From Mobula hypostoma (taxonomy: Eukaryota): DNA of 64,000 nucleotides. Position 1 is the first letter of the stretch, and the number at the start of each line of letters is the position of its first letter. The stretch spans positions 172,796,001-172,860,000 of the forward strand of contig NC_086097.1 in assembly GCF_963921235.1 (NCBI RefSeq), read 5' to 3'. This document shows, one piece after another, positions 11,111-23,148 of this stretch. The notes beneath the pieces are model-generated. The model did no database searches. It saw nothing but the letters and a program-made list of their open reading frames with translations, and had not been told where the DNA came from. Both the position numbers and the translations under genes were made by a program.

Positions 11111-12012
11111 GAGCTCTCTGTTCAAAACAATAGCGGACAGATAACATGAACCTTGGTATGTTGATTGAAGGACAAATACTGATCAGGAGTCCTGGATAAG
11201 GCCGAGTGCTTGGTTAACACCTCATTGGAGAGACAGAAACTCCAGCAGCATGACAGCACTACCGGGGAACTTCATCAGCCAGGGTTCAAAAGGATGTGGT
11301 GTTGAATGAGGGTAAAACAAAACTGCAGATACCAGAAATATAAATTTTATTTATTTAGAGATATAACAAGGTAACAGACTCTTCCAGACTAAGGACCCCG
11401 CGCTGCCCAATTACACCCATGTGACCTATTAACCTTCTGTCTTTAAAATGTGGGAGGAAACCAGAGCACCCAAAAGAAATCCACATGGTTACGGAGATAG
11501 CATACAATCTCATAACAGACAGCCGCAGGAATTGAAATTAAGGTGAAAATTAAAAACAGAAGGTTTTGGAAATGCTCAGCCAGTCAGGCAGCAAATGTGG
11601 GAAGAGAAACAATATTAAAGACATTTCATCAGAATGACTCAGTGGGCCAAATGGCCTCCTTCAGTGGCATGAGAAAATATTAAATAAGCTTCCTCAGATG
11701 GCAAAACAGTAACATGAAATTTGGGGTAAAAGATTCTTCATTAGAAAGTATCTTCCAACTGCATCAACAACTCTATTCCTCTGCCCACCGATGTGGTTCG
11801 ATCTGCTGGGTATTTCCAGCATTTCCTGAGATGGGCTGAAGTAGTTTCTGTCAACCAAGAATATTTTGGGCTCAATGGCTTGGTTTCTATCCTGTTAACT
11901 GAAAGAAATCCTCACCTGGCCCCCATCAATGGAATCCCAAACCTAACTCACCGATCCTGAACTGTCACTGGATCAGTTCAATGGACTCTGTCTGCATTCT
12001 GGTTATTGCTAT

Positions 12013-12472
12013 CAGAATCAAAATATAGTGGTACAGTGTGAGACATAAAAATCACTGTGTGTTACAAAAATAAATAAATAGTGTAAAAGTGGAATGGTGA
12101 GGTGTTGTTCATGGACCATTCAGAAATCTAATGGCAGTGTGGGTCTTCACCTGTACCTTTTCCCTAATGGTAGTAATAAGAAGAGAGCATGTCCTGGATA
12201 GTGAGAGTCCTTAGCGATGGATGCCATCTTCCTGAGGCACTGCATCTTGCAGATGCCCTCGAAGGCGGGGAGGTTTGTGCCCGTGATGAAGCTGGTTGAG
12301 TCTCCAGCCAGCCTCTTGTGATTCCTGTGCCTTGGAAGCTCCCTACCAGGCTGTGATGCAACGTCAGAATGCTCTCCACCATACATTTGTAGAAATTTGC
12401 TAGAGCCTTTGTTGACATACCAAATCTTCTCAAACTGCTAATGAAGTAGAGCCACTGGCATGCCTCCTTCAT
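12013..12472 (-). mobile_element. Rex1/Babar-type LINE 3' fragment
   Basis: KEACQWLYFISSLRRFGMSTKALANFYKCMVESILT; HPGHALF-like motif. Confidence 0.82.
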
Positions 12473-12984
12473 AGGAAAATTATTTTCTTGTGGATTCAGA
12501 GCCGGTTGTGAGCACTAGGAGCACTATTGACCAAGCAGTAAATGCAACACTATAAATTAATCCAAAGGTCAAGATGATGTGACAAGACATGACAGCGAAT
12601 CCTGATCGTTTTATGCCTGGGATTGCATTACTGCTTAAATCCTTCACAGTCAGTCTCTTTTATTTATACTAGTTAAAGGAGAGTGATTTTTAAAATATTT
12701 TCATTAGAAATGCTGAGGGCAGTAAGTTTGTTTAATGGTGAAGGTCTTTTCATTACAATGGTGCCCCATGACATGAGATGTCATATGATAGGGCTTTTAT
12801 GATTAGAGCCCAAGTGTGCTTGGCCATTTTCAACCACAGACTGCATTAAAATCCACTCTCAGCTCTGCAGTATAAACTCATGCTTTTCCAAGATATTTAC
12901 AAGCTCTTTCTGCCACAATCTCTCAAGCTCTCAGCTTTCCCAGTTGTTTATTAACAGCAGCCTTCTGCAGTTTTTGATTTTCAC

Positions 12985-13165
12985 AGCTGAAAGGCCGCTT
13001 TTCAATTCAAGATTTGGGCTGGGCTGTTGGACGTTCCACTCCCACTCTAAAAACTTAGGTAACAAAATCTCGGCTGACACTTTGGTACAGTGCTGAGAGA
13101 GTAATCCGCTGCTGGTTCTGACAGCACTGAATGAATTGTTAAACATGAATAAACCTCGGCCAAAC
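12985..13165 (+). mobile_element. Old SINE central-domain remnant (Deu-domain-like)
   Basis: aaaatctcggctgacactttggtacagtgctgagagagt resembles the DeuSINE core as recalled; similar remnants near 20740-20900 (+) and 11130-11280 (-). Confidence 0.45.
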
Positions 13166-13169
13166 TAGC

Positions 13170-14085
13170 GTTGCTTTCTCTGGAGCAGTGGAGGCCAAGG
13201 GAAATCTGAAAGAAGCTTATAAGGTTTTCCCAGGGTCAAAATGTCTGATTCCAGAAGGCAAGCATTTAAGATGACAAGGGTTAAGTTCAAATGGGATGGG
13301 CGGGTCATGTTTTTCTCCATATGGAGTGTGGAGGTTGCCTGGAACGCACTACCTGGAGTGGGGGGTGCAAATATGATGAAGGTGTTTAAGCGGCTTTTGG
13401 ATGAGCACATGAATGTGCGGAGGATGGAGGGATATGGACATGTATAGGCAGAAAGGACTCACTTAGTTAAGTTTTTAATTACTAGTTTAATTAGGAAGGC
13501 ATAATATCATGGGTCGAAGGACCTGTTTCTGAGCTGCACTTTTCAATGTTCTCTCTGGCATTGCTTTGTGGAAGAGTGGGATGATTTTTACAATTGCATC
13601 CTATCTGGATGCCTCACATGTTGCTACGACAGCTGCTCCGCTCAAAACCGCAACAATTTGCAGGGAGTTGTGAATATAACCCAGTCCATCACACAAACCA
13701 GCCTCCCCTCCTTCGACTCTGTCCACACTTCCCGCTACCTTGGGAAAGCAGTATAATCAAAGACTCCATCCACTCTGGTCATTCTCGCTTCTCCCCCTCC
13801 CATCTGCCAGACGATACAAAAGCTTGAGAATGCGTACCACCAAGCTCCAGGGCAGTTTCTTTCCTGCTGTTATAATATTCTTGAATAGACTTCTCATAGG
13901 CTGAGAGTGGAACTCTGATCTACCTTGTCATGGTTCTTACACAATGTGTTTACCTGCAGTACATTTTCTCTGTAATTGCAGCTCCTTCTTATGCGTTTTA
14001 CTGCTTCAGTATAATAATGCCTAGCATGATCTTTCTGGGTAGCAGGTGAAACCTAAGCTTCGTACAATTCAAACCAATACCAAGT
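13170..14085 (+). mobile_element. CR1 3' fragment (to about 13555) followed by a Rex1/Babar-type 3' fragment
   Basis: AWNALPGV..FKRLLDEHM; then ILSGCLTCCYDSCSAQNRNNLQGVVNITQSITQTSLPS. Confidence 0.78.
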
Positions 14086-14127
14086 ATCTTGGATGTCCTG
14101 GCTAACACTTATCCCTCAGTCAAAACT

Positions 14128-14200
14128 GGGTGTCACAGTGGTGCAGCTGATACGAGTGCAGTCTCACAGCTCCAGTGACTCAGGTTCAATCCTGACCTCC
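14128..14200 (+). mobile_element. tRNA-derived SINE head
   Basis: A-box-like agtggtgcagctg and B-box ggttcaatcc. Confidence 0.6.
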
Positions 14201-14840
14201 CATAAGACCAGAAGTCAGAGGATCAGTTTTATGCCATTCAGCCCATCGATACTGCTGCACCATTCAATCATGGCTAACTTATTTTCCTTCTCAACCCTAT
14301 TCTTCTGCATTCTCCCCATAACATTTGACACTCTCACAAAGCAAGTTTCTATCAACCTTCGCTTTAAAAACACTCAATGACTTGACCTCCTCAGCCCTCT
14401 ATGCCAACAAATTCCACATTTTCGCCATGCTCTTTCCAAGAAATTCCTCCTCATCTCTGTTCTTCTATTCTGAGGCCATGCCTTCCAGTTGTAGATTCTC
14501 CTATTATTGGAATCATCCTCTGCATATCTGCTTTATCTAGGCCTTTCAATATTTGGTAGGTTTCAATTAGATCCACCCCCTCATTTTTCTAAAGTGCAGT
14601 GAGTACAGGACATGCTCTTACTACTCTCTATGTAAAAAACCTATTTCTGACATCTCCTCTAATCCTTCCCCAGTCACGTTAAATGTAGGTCCTTTCGTAA
14701 TAGCGATTGCCACCCTGGGAAAAAGACGCTGGCTCTCCACTCTATCTATGCCTCTTATCATCTCATACACCTCCATCAAGTCACCTCTCATCATAGTTTG
14801 CTCCAAAGAGAAAAGCCCAAGCTCACTCAACCTTTCCTCA
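14200..14840 (-). mobile_element. Two CR1 3' fragments
   Basis: ORF 14621..14830 ELGLFSLEQTMMRGDLMEVYEMIRGIDRV. Confidence 0.8.
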
Positions 14841-14856
14841 GGCTTTGCAAGTAGGC

Positions 14857-15297
14857 AGAATCAGAATCCAGTTTATTATCACCAGCATGTGACATGGAAT
14901 CTGTTAACTTCACAGCAGCAGTTCAATGCAATACATAATCTAGTAGAGAAAAAAAATTATAATAATAAATAAATCAATTATGTATATTGAATAGATTTTT
15001 TTTAATGTGCTATACAGAAATACTGCATATTAAAAAATATTGAGGTAGTGTCCAAAGATTCAATGTCCATTTAGGAATCGGGTGGTGGAGGGGAAGAAGC
15101 TGTTCCTGAATCGCTGAGTGTGTGCCTTCAGGCTTCAGTACCTCCTACCTAATGGTAACAGTGAGAAAAGGGCATGCCCTGGGTGCTGGATGTCCTTAAT
15201 AATAGATGCTGCCTTTCTGAGACACCACTCCCTGAAGATGTCTTGGGTACTTTGTAGGCTCGTGTCCAAGATGGAGCTGACTAGATTTACAACCTTG
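14857..15297 (-). mobile_element. Rex1/Babar-type LINE 3' end, same subfamily as 17847-19290
   Basis: agaatcagaatc tail; near-identical to 18710-19090; contains the MITE-free site ttcaatgcaatacataatctag (about 14922-14943). Confidence 0.85.
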
Positions 15298-17175
15298 CAT
15301 TTCCTCCATAATCATAGTCAGCAGGCCTCTAAAATACTTTAATGGGCTGTGGAGCTCATCAGGTTTGGAACAATGGAAACAGGAATATTAGTCTATCCTT
15401 CTATTAGATTCCTCCTCTTCTGAAGCCCCATACTCAGTGTTTCGGGAACAACTTCCTACTCTCGGCCATCTGGTTTCTGATCGCTCCATGAACACCACCT
15501 CACAATTCCTCTTTTGCATTATTTATTTGCTTGTTTATTGTAACATAGTAACTTCTTATGTCTTGCGTTGTACTGCATCACTCAACAACAAATTTCACGA
15601 TAAATGGTGTAGTGATAATAAATCAGACTCTGATCCTGATTCTGTAGCATTTAGCAAGGGTTGTTGTTGAGTTACTCTTTGGTTGTGCAGCGTCTTTGTC
15701 TGACCCCACTGGAGGAGCTCAATGGATCGTGCAGCCCTGGTGGGAGGAAAGAATTGTTTGATGTTTCTGGTTGGAACCCAGCATCAGCGCTCAACGAGAG
15801 ACCTCTTGTCCTCCCGATGACAGTGAGTACAACCTCTTATGTCCTCTGTCTGATGATACCTGGACGTGAGCAAACAGTTCTAGGCAGCAGATTCAGTAAT
15901 TTTGTTACTTACTTAACACTAGAAAATAGGAGCAGGAGGAGGCCACTTGGTCTCTCAAGCCTGCCCTGTCATTTAATATAATTGTGGCAAATCTATGAAC
16001 ATTACACAAAACACTGGAGGAACTCAACAGATCATGTAACATCTATGGAGAGAAATAAAGAGTCAATGTTTTGGGTTTTCATCAGGCCCTGACGTCTCCA
16101 ATGTTGCTACATTCCTTTATGTAAGGGGATCAAAGTTGTGCACAGTATTCCATCTGTGGCCTCACCAACACCCTTACAACTGTAACAAAACCTTCCCATT
16201 CATAAACTCCAACCCCTTTGTAATAAAGGCCAACAAGTTGTATACCTTCTGTACTACTTGTTGCCTTTGTCACGGTCATACAGCAGGGAAACAGGCCCTT
16301 CAGCCCAACTTGTCCATGCTAGTCCCATTTGCCTATGTTTGGACTATATCCTCCAAAACCTGTCATTCAGGGTTACTCATGGGATAAATTATAAAGATCA
16401 GGTTACAAGCGTTTAGCTTGAATTCCCATGAATTTTGCCAGCTGATCTTTCTTACTGAGATGTGGAAAGAGGTCGTCTGGCCCATAGAGATCATACCAAT
16501 GCCCAGCAAAGCAATCTCATTCATCTTATTCCCCTCTCCATACTTCCATCAATCCCTACAAATTCTACTCTTGCATATGCTCGTCAATATTCCTTTGATT
16601 CCTTTGTCAGTCATCCACACTAAAGGGCATTTTACAGTAGCCAGCATGAAGGATACTTGAGGAAATTGAAGTATGCAGGAAAAGCCCACGTGATCATGGA
16701 GAGAAGGTGCAATCTGAACACACACAGCACCAGTTGTCAGGGTCAGATTTGGATCCATGGGGTAGCAACTTCAGCCTCCTTGATGAGCTTAATAATTCCG
16801 GGATCCTGGCTTTGTTATTGGTTTATTATTATGTGTAGCAAGATACAGTGTCAAACTTTGCTTTTTATGTCATCCAGGCAGAACAGGCTATACATGAATA
16901 TAAAGAGATAGTAAAAATAAAATTGAATGTAAAATATAGTGTTGTAGTTACAGAGAAAGTACAAATAGAGTGTAAGGGCCACAATAAGGTCAATTGAGAG
17001 ATTGAGCTAAGAGATCGAGAGCTCATCCTTCAGTGTAAGAGAGCTCCATTCAAGAGTTTGATAACAGCAGGATAGAAAGAGCAGAAGTTCCTACACCCAT
17101 GCTGAGCTCATCAATTTCATAACTGCTTCCACGTTCCACCTTACCCTCAAGATTACTTTGTCCATCTCAAATGAA

Positions 17176-17845
17176 AGTTCAAAGTACAAAGTAAGTTTAT
17201 AAGCAAAGTACATATGTGTCACGATATACGATCCTCAGATTCATTTTCTTGTGGCCATTCACAGTAGATACAAAGAAACATACAACAAAGATGGACAAAC
17301 AACCAATGTACAGAAGGCAACAAACTATGCAAAGTCAAAAGAAGAAGAAATAAATAATCAAATAATAAATATTGAGAACACGAGTTGTAGAATCCTTGAG
17401 AATGAGTCCATAAAATGTGGAATCAGTTTAGAGATGGGGTGAGTGAAGTTATCTCTCTGATTCAAGAGCCTTATAGTTGAGAGGTAATAATTGTTCCTGA
17501 ACCTGGCGGTGTGGGTCCTGAAGCTCCTGTATCTCCTTCGTGATGGCCGCAGTGAGAAGAGAGTATGACTTGGATGAGTATGGTGGGGGTCCTTGATGAT
17601 GGATGCTGCTTCCATACAACAGCACTCCATGTAGATGTGCTCAGTGGTGAGGAGGGCTTTACCTGAAATAGACTGGGCCATATCCACTACTTTTGGAAGG
17701 TTTTTCCATTTAAGGACATAGGTGTTCTCATACCAGGCTTTGACACAACCAGTCATGTATCTATAGAAGCTTGTCAAAGTTTTAGCTGACATGCAAAATC
17801 TATGCAAATCTCTAAGAAAGTAGAGGCACTGCCATGCCTTCTTTG
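17176..17845 (-). mobile_element. Rex1/Babar-type LINE 3' fragment
   Basis: ORF 17358..17879 KKAWQCLYFLRDLHRFCMSAKTLTSFYR..IIKDPHH..HPSHTLFSLRPSRRRYRSFRTHTARFRNNYY. Confidence 0.87.
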
Positions 17846-17927
17846 TCAGAATCAGAATCAGGTTTATTATCACCGGCATGTGACGTGAAACTTGTTAACT
17901 TAGCAGCAGTAGTTCAATGCCATACAT

Positions 17928-18701
17928 CAGGGGCCCCCAACCTTTTCTGCACTGCAGACCGGTTTAATATTGACGATATTCTTCTGGACCGGCCGACCGG
18001 GAGTTGTGGGGGGGGGGGGGGCGGGGTTGTGGCAGTGTTCAAGTAGGGTTAAACTCACCTCAACATGTCTTTTACAGTTAGGGTTGCCAACTTTCTCACT
18101 TTCAAATAAGGGACAAAAGTAGCATTCAAATCCCAGGACACTTTACCCCAGGAAAGACTACCATGACCATGAAGCTTTGTGCGGGCACCTGTGCGCGCAT
18201 GTGCGTACGTGCTGATTTTTTTCCTCACAAATTGGTTTTGCCTTCATCTTCCCAACTATACTGTACATATATTATTTCTACTTTATATAGGCTGTGTATT
18301 TATCATATCATTCCTGCTTTTACTATATGTTAGTGTTACTTATTTTTGGTTTTGTGTGTTATTTGGTATGATTTGTTAGGTTTTTTTTGTGTCTGGGAAC
18401 GCTCAAAAATTTTTCCCATATAAATTAGTGGTAATTGCTTCCCTGCTTCATGCTATTTCGGCACGAAATGTTTCATAGGAACGCTGTACCTTAGTGGGGG
18501 AAATACAGGACAAACCAATTTAGCCCAATATATGGGATGTCCCGGCAAATACGGGACAGTTGGCAATCCTATGTTCAAGTTCAACAGTGCGCGACAGGGA
18601 ATGAGGAAAGGTGCAGCTGACTCGTATCGTTTCCTCGCGGCCTGGTAGCACATGCTTTGCGGCCTGGTACCGGTCCACAGCCCGGTGGTTGGGGACCGCT
18701 G
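17928..18701 (+). mobile_element. Non-autonomous hAT (Charlie/Buster-like) MITE, copy 1, composite
   Basis: TIRs caggggcccccaacc / ggttggggaccgctg; TSD ccatacat (17920-17927) / caatacat (18702-18709); empty site seen at about 14922-14943. Confidence 0.92.
18044..18571. mobile_element. Nested DNA element within MITE copy 1 (TAGGGTTGCCA-type termini)
   Basis: tgttcaag at 18036-18043 and 18572-18579; termini tagggtt / ggcaatccta; inner tagggttgccaact at 18079-18092 pairs with agttggcaatccta at 18558-18571. Confidence 0.75.
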
Positions 18702-19314
18702 CAATACATAATCTAGCAGAGAGAGAAAAATATAATAAATAAAATAAAACATAATAAATAAACAAGTAAATCAATTATGTATATTGAATAGATTATTTAA
18801 AAATGTGCAAAAACAGAAATACTGTATATTAAAAGAAGTGAGGCGGTGGCCAAGGCTTCAAAGTCCATTCAGGAATCGGATGGCAGAAGGGAAGAAGCTG
18901 TTCCTGAATCACTGAGTGTGTGCCTTCAGGCTTCTGTACCTCCTACCTGATGGTAACAGTGAGAAAAGGGCATGCCCTGGGTGCTGGAAGTCTTTAATAA
19001 TGGATGCTGCCTTTCTGAGACAGTGCTCCCTAAAGATGTCCTGGGTACTTTGTAGGTTAGTGCCCAGGATGGAGCTGACTAGATTTACAATCTTCTGCAG
19101 CTTCTTTTGGTCCTGTGCAGAAGTCCCCCCATTACCAGACAGTGATGCAGCCTGTCAGAATGCTCTCCACGGTACAACTATAGAAGTTTTTGAGTGTATT
19201 TGTTGACATACCAGATGGTTTCAAACTCCTAATAAAGTATAGCCGCCATCTTGCCTTCTTTATGACTACATCAATGTGTTGGGACCAGGTAAATGGTATT
19301 TACATGCTGGACTT

Positions 19315-19895
19315 AGGACTAGATCCTCTGAAAAGATTACACCAAGGAACTTAAAGTTGCTGACCCTCTCCACCTCTGATCACTTGATGAGGACTGGCTC
19401 AAGGACCTCTGGTTTCCTCCTCGGATAGTCAATTATCAGCTTTTTGGTTTTGTTGAAATTGAGTAAGAGGTTGTTGGTGTGGCACCACTCAGCTAGATTT
19501 TTAATCTCTCTTCTATTAGCTGATTCACCACCACCACCTTCAATTTGTCCCCGAACCGTGGTGTTGTCAGCAAATTTAAATATGGCATTGAAGCTATACT
19601 AAGCCTCACATTCATTAACTGTACAGCAGGGGGCTAAGCACACAGCCTTGTGGTGCTGCTGACTGTGGAGGAAATGTTGTCAATCCAAAATAACTGGAGT
19701 CTACAAATTGAGGATGCAGTTGCACAAGGACGTATTGAACCTAGGTTTTGGAGCTTATTGATTAGTTTTGAGGGGACGATAGCATTGAATGCAGAGCTCC
19801 AGTCAACAAAGAGCATCCTGATGTATGCACCTTCACTGTCCAAATCTTCCAGGGTTGAGTGAAGAGCCAATGAAATGGCATCAGCTATTGACCTG
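19315..19895 (-). mobile_element. Rex1/Babar-type LINE RT fragment
   Basis: ORF 19634..20047 RSIADAISLALHSTLEDLDSEGAYIRMLFVDWSSAFNAIVPSKLINKLQNLG; KFADNT-like motif near 19560-19580. Confidence 0.85.
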
Positions 19896-19899
19896 CTCA

Positions 19900-20240
19900 A
19901 GAGATGCTCTAACAGCTCTTTCCCCTTTCTTGATCTATTGACATCTTTTACAAGCCCACTGACCTTCACAGTTAGTGTAGCTATACCTCTTCCCACCCTG
20001 TTACCTGTAAAAATGATGTTGCCTTCTCTCAGTTCCTCTTCCTCCACTGCATCTGTTCTCAGGATGAGGTTTTCCAGCTGGTTTCACCTATCATCTTGCA
20101 GCCTGTAATCCTTCCCCTGCCCCCACCTCTTATTCTGGCTTCTAGTCCTGATGAAGAGTCTCAGCCCAAAATGTTGACTGTTTACTTCCTTCCATATATG
20201 CTACCTAACTTCTGAGTTCCTCCGGTATTTTGGGTGTTTC
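19900..20240 (+). mobile_element. Penelope-like element remnant: post-RT segment fused to 3' terminus
   Basis: Frameshifted YKPTDLHS*CSYTSSHPVTCK..FSQFL..CICSQDE, then terminus with agtcctgatgaagagtctcagccc. Confidence 0.72.
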
Positions 20241-21287
20241 AACAGAATAGAACCCGACCTTGAGTCAGATACAGATAAATTGTTTCCTCTGGTAGACGGA
20301 TGTTGATGGAAGCCAGAGCAACCAGAAGAAATCCACATGATTACAGGGAAAACATGCAGACTCCACATGGACAGCACCTACAGAGGTCATGGCAATAGAG
20401 ATGTAAGGCAGCACCTCTCATAGTTGGGTCGATGCAGGACTATGAGCAGTTCTGTGCCTTATACAGCCAGATTTTAAGAGTTAAATTAACAGGAGATTTA
20501 CAGTACATTAGATTCCACTCCCTGAAACTTGTGAGGATAAGTTTTCTTTTCCCATGGCTCTTGTTCATAAAACGTTTGTATCGGAATCTTGGTCTTGAAT
20601 GTCAGTTATCGCTCAGTAGCTCCACAATAAGCCTCATGGGCCAGATGACCTTCTCTGTGCTGTAACGTTTCTGTGATTCCATTCTATGATGTAGTAAATT
20701 TCCTCTGTATCAGTGAATTTAGATTCAGTTCTCACCTCAGCCCCTACAGCATGACCTTAGGCTGACATACCCTGTGCGGTTCAGGGGAGAGCTGCAAGGT
20801 CAGAGCTGTTTGTTTCGGGTCAGCTTTTGAAATGAGGCCACACCTGCACTTATAGTAAAAATTCCAAAACATTATTTTGAAGAAAGATAGCACAGTTTAT
20901 TTTCTCATGTTTGTGTTCCTCATTCGATCTTCAAATAGATATTCAACTCCACATCATTTTGTAGTATTTCTTCTTTTAAAACACAATTGGCTGTCTCAAC
21001 TGATCGAGACAGCACAGGCTTCCACAGACACATCTACCACGACCTGATTGTCTCCATGGTATCTGTTTTGAGATGGGCAATAAAAGGTGACAGAAAATGT
21101 ATGACCTTACTGAATGTCAGGGCAGGCTCGAGGTACTGAGTTGCTTACTGATCTCAATTCCAAGGTTAGTGCATTTTCACTGAGCATTTTCAGTGTCCAG
21201 TTATTGTCTCTCTCAAATGCCCCTAAAGAGGCAGTTAAGGCCATTGACGGGTCTGTAATCACACAGGAGCCAAACTAGGTAAGGATG

Positions 21288-23148
21288 ATTGAAGTGAGTT
21301 GAATTGACTTTATTTCTTACATCCTTCACATACATGAGGATTAAAAATCTTTACATTACATCTGTCTAAATGTGCAATGTGCAGTTTATAGTAATTTATA
21401 ATAAAGAGCATGTACAACAGGACAGTCAATATAGCATAGAAATACAGTCGTATCAGTGTGAATTAATCAGTCTGACGGCCTGGTGAAAGAAGCTGTCCCA
21501 GAGCCTGTTGGTCCTGGCTTTTATGCTGTGGTACCGTTTCCCGGATGGTAGCAGCTGGAACAGTTTGTAGTTGGGGTAACTCAGGTCCCCAATAATCCTT
21601 TGGGCCCTTTTTACACATGTGTATCTGCAAATGTCCTGAATAGTGGGAAGTTCACATCTACAGATGTGCTGGGCTGTCCACACCACTCTCTGCAGAGTCC
21701 TACGATTGAGGAAAGTACAGTTTCCATACCAGGCAGTGATACTGCCAGTCAGGATGCTCTCAGTTGTGCCCCTGTAGAGAGTCCTTAGGATTTGGGGACT
21801 CATACCAACTTCTTCAAGCATCTGAGGTGAAAGAGGCGCTGTTGTGCTTTTTTCACCATACAGCTGGTATGTACAGACCATGTGAGATCTTCGGCGATGT
21901 GTATGCTGAGGAATTTAAAGCTGTTCAGTCTCTCAGCTCCAGATTCATTGATGTCAATAGGGATCAATAGCCCGTTTCCATTCCTCCTATAGTCCACAAA
22001 CAGCTCCTTTGTTTTTGCGACATTGAGGGAGAGGTTGTTTCTGGACACCGATGTGTCAGGGTGATGACTTCTTCTCTGTAGGCTGTCTCGTTATTATTTA
22101 AGATAAGGCCAATCAATGTAGTATCGTCAGCAAATTTTAATTAGCACAGTGGTCCCCAGCCACCAGGCCGCAAAGCATGTGCTACCGGACCGCGAGGAAA
22201 CAATATGAGTCAGCTGGACCTTTCCTCAATCCCTGTCACGCACTGTATCACTTGAACATAGGGTTACCAACTGTCCTGAATTTGCCGGGACGTCCCGTAT
22301 ATTGGGCTAAGTTGGTTTGTCCCATACAGGACCACCCTTGTCCTGTATTTCCCCCGCTAAGGTAGAGCGTTCCTATGAAACGTTTCATGCCGAAATAGCG
22401 TGAAGCGAAGAAGCAGTTATCATTAATTTATATAGGAAAAATTTTTGAGCGTTCCCAGTCCCAAAAAATAACCTACCAAATGATACCAAATAACACATAA
22501 AACCAAAAATAAATAACACTAACATATAGTAAAAGCAGGAATGATATGATAAATACACAGCCTATATAAAGTAGAAATACAGTATAGTACAGTATAGTCG
22601 GGAAGATGAAGGCAAAACCGATTTGTGGGGAAAAAAATCGGCACGTACGCGCATGCGCACATCACATGCACACGTCATGCATGCGCACACAGGTGCCCAC
22701 GCAAGGCTTCATGGTCATGGTAGTCTTTCCTGGGGTAAAGTGTCCCGGGGTTTGACTGCTACTTTTGTCCCTTATTTGGGAGTGAGAAAGTTGGCAAAGC
22801 TAACTGTAAAAGACATGTTGAGGTGAGTTTAACCCTACTTGAACACCCACCCCCGGTTGGCCAGTCCGCAAGAATATTGTCAATATTAAACCGGTCCGCG
22901 GTGCAAAAAAGGTTGGGGACCCCTGAATTAGCAGATTGGGACTGTAGGTGGCAACAGAGTCGTGGGTATACAGAGAGTAAAAGAGGGAGCTTAGGACATA
23001 GCCCTGAGGGACACCTGTGTTGAGGGTCAAAGGGGCATAGGTGAGGGAGCCTACTCTTGCCACCTGCTGGCAATCTGACAGAAAGTCCAGGATCCAGCTG
23101 CACAAGGCAAGGTGAAGGCTGATCTTGTCAAGCCTGGAGGGAATTATG
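21288..23148 (-). mobile_element. Rex1/Babar-type LINE RT plus C-terminal fragment interrupted by a hAT MITE
   Basis: WILDFLSD..LTLNTGVPQGYVLSSLFYSLYTHD; NNLSLNVAKTKELFVDYRR..KFLSIHIAEDLTW..KKAQQRLFHLR; LYRGTTESILTGSITAWYG. Confidence 0.92.
22147..22925 (-). mobile_element. Non-autonomous hAT MITE, copy 2 (inverted relative to copy 1), composite
   Basis: TIRs cagtggtccccagcc / ggttggggacccctg; perfect TSD aattagca (22139-22146, 22926-22933); nested element 22259-22837 flanked by cttgaaca. Confidence 0.94.

Larger units (their letters stand above)
17847..19290 (-). mobile_element. Rex1/Babar-type LINE 3' fragment interrupted by a hAT MITE
   Basis: agaatcagaatcaggtttattatcacc tail; minus strand KKARWRLYFIRSLKPSGMSTNTLKNFYSCTVESILTGCITVW. 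Confidence 0.85.

Noticed and set aside
14128..14200. tRNA gene
   Set aside because: Only A/B-box-like motifs with no cloverleaf; matches SINE heads elsewhere in the window.
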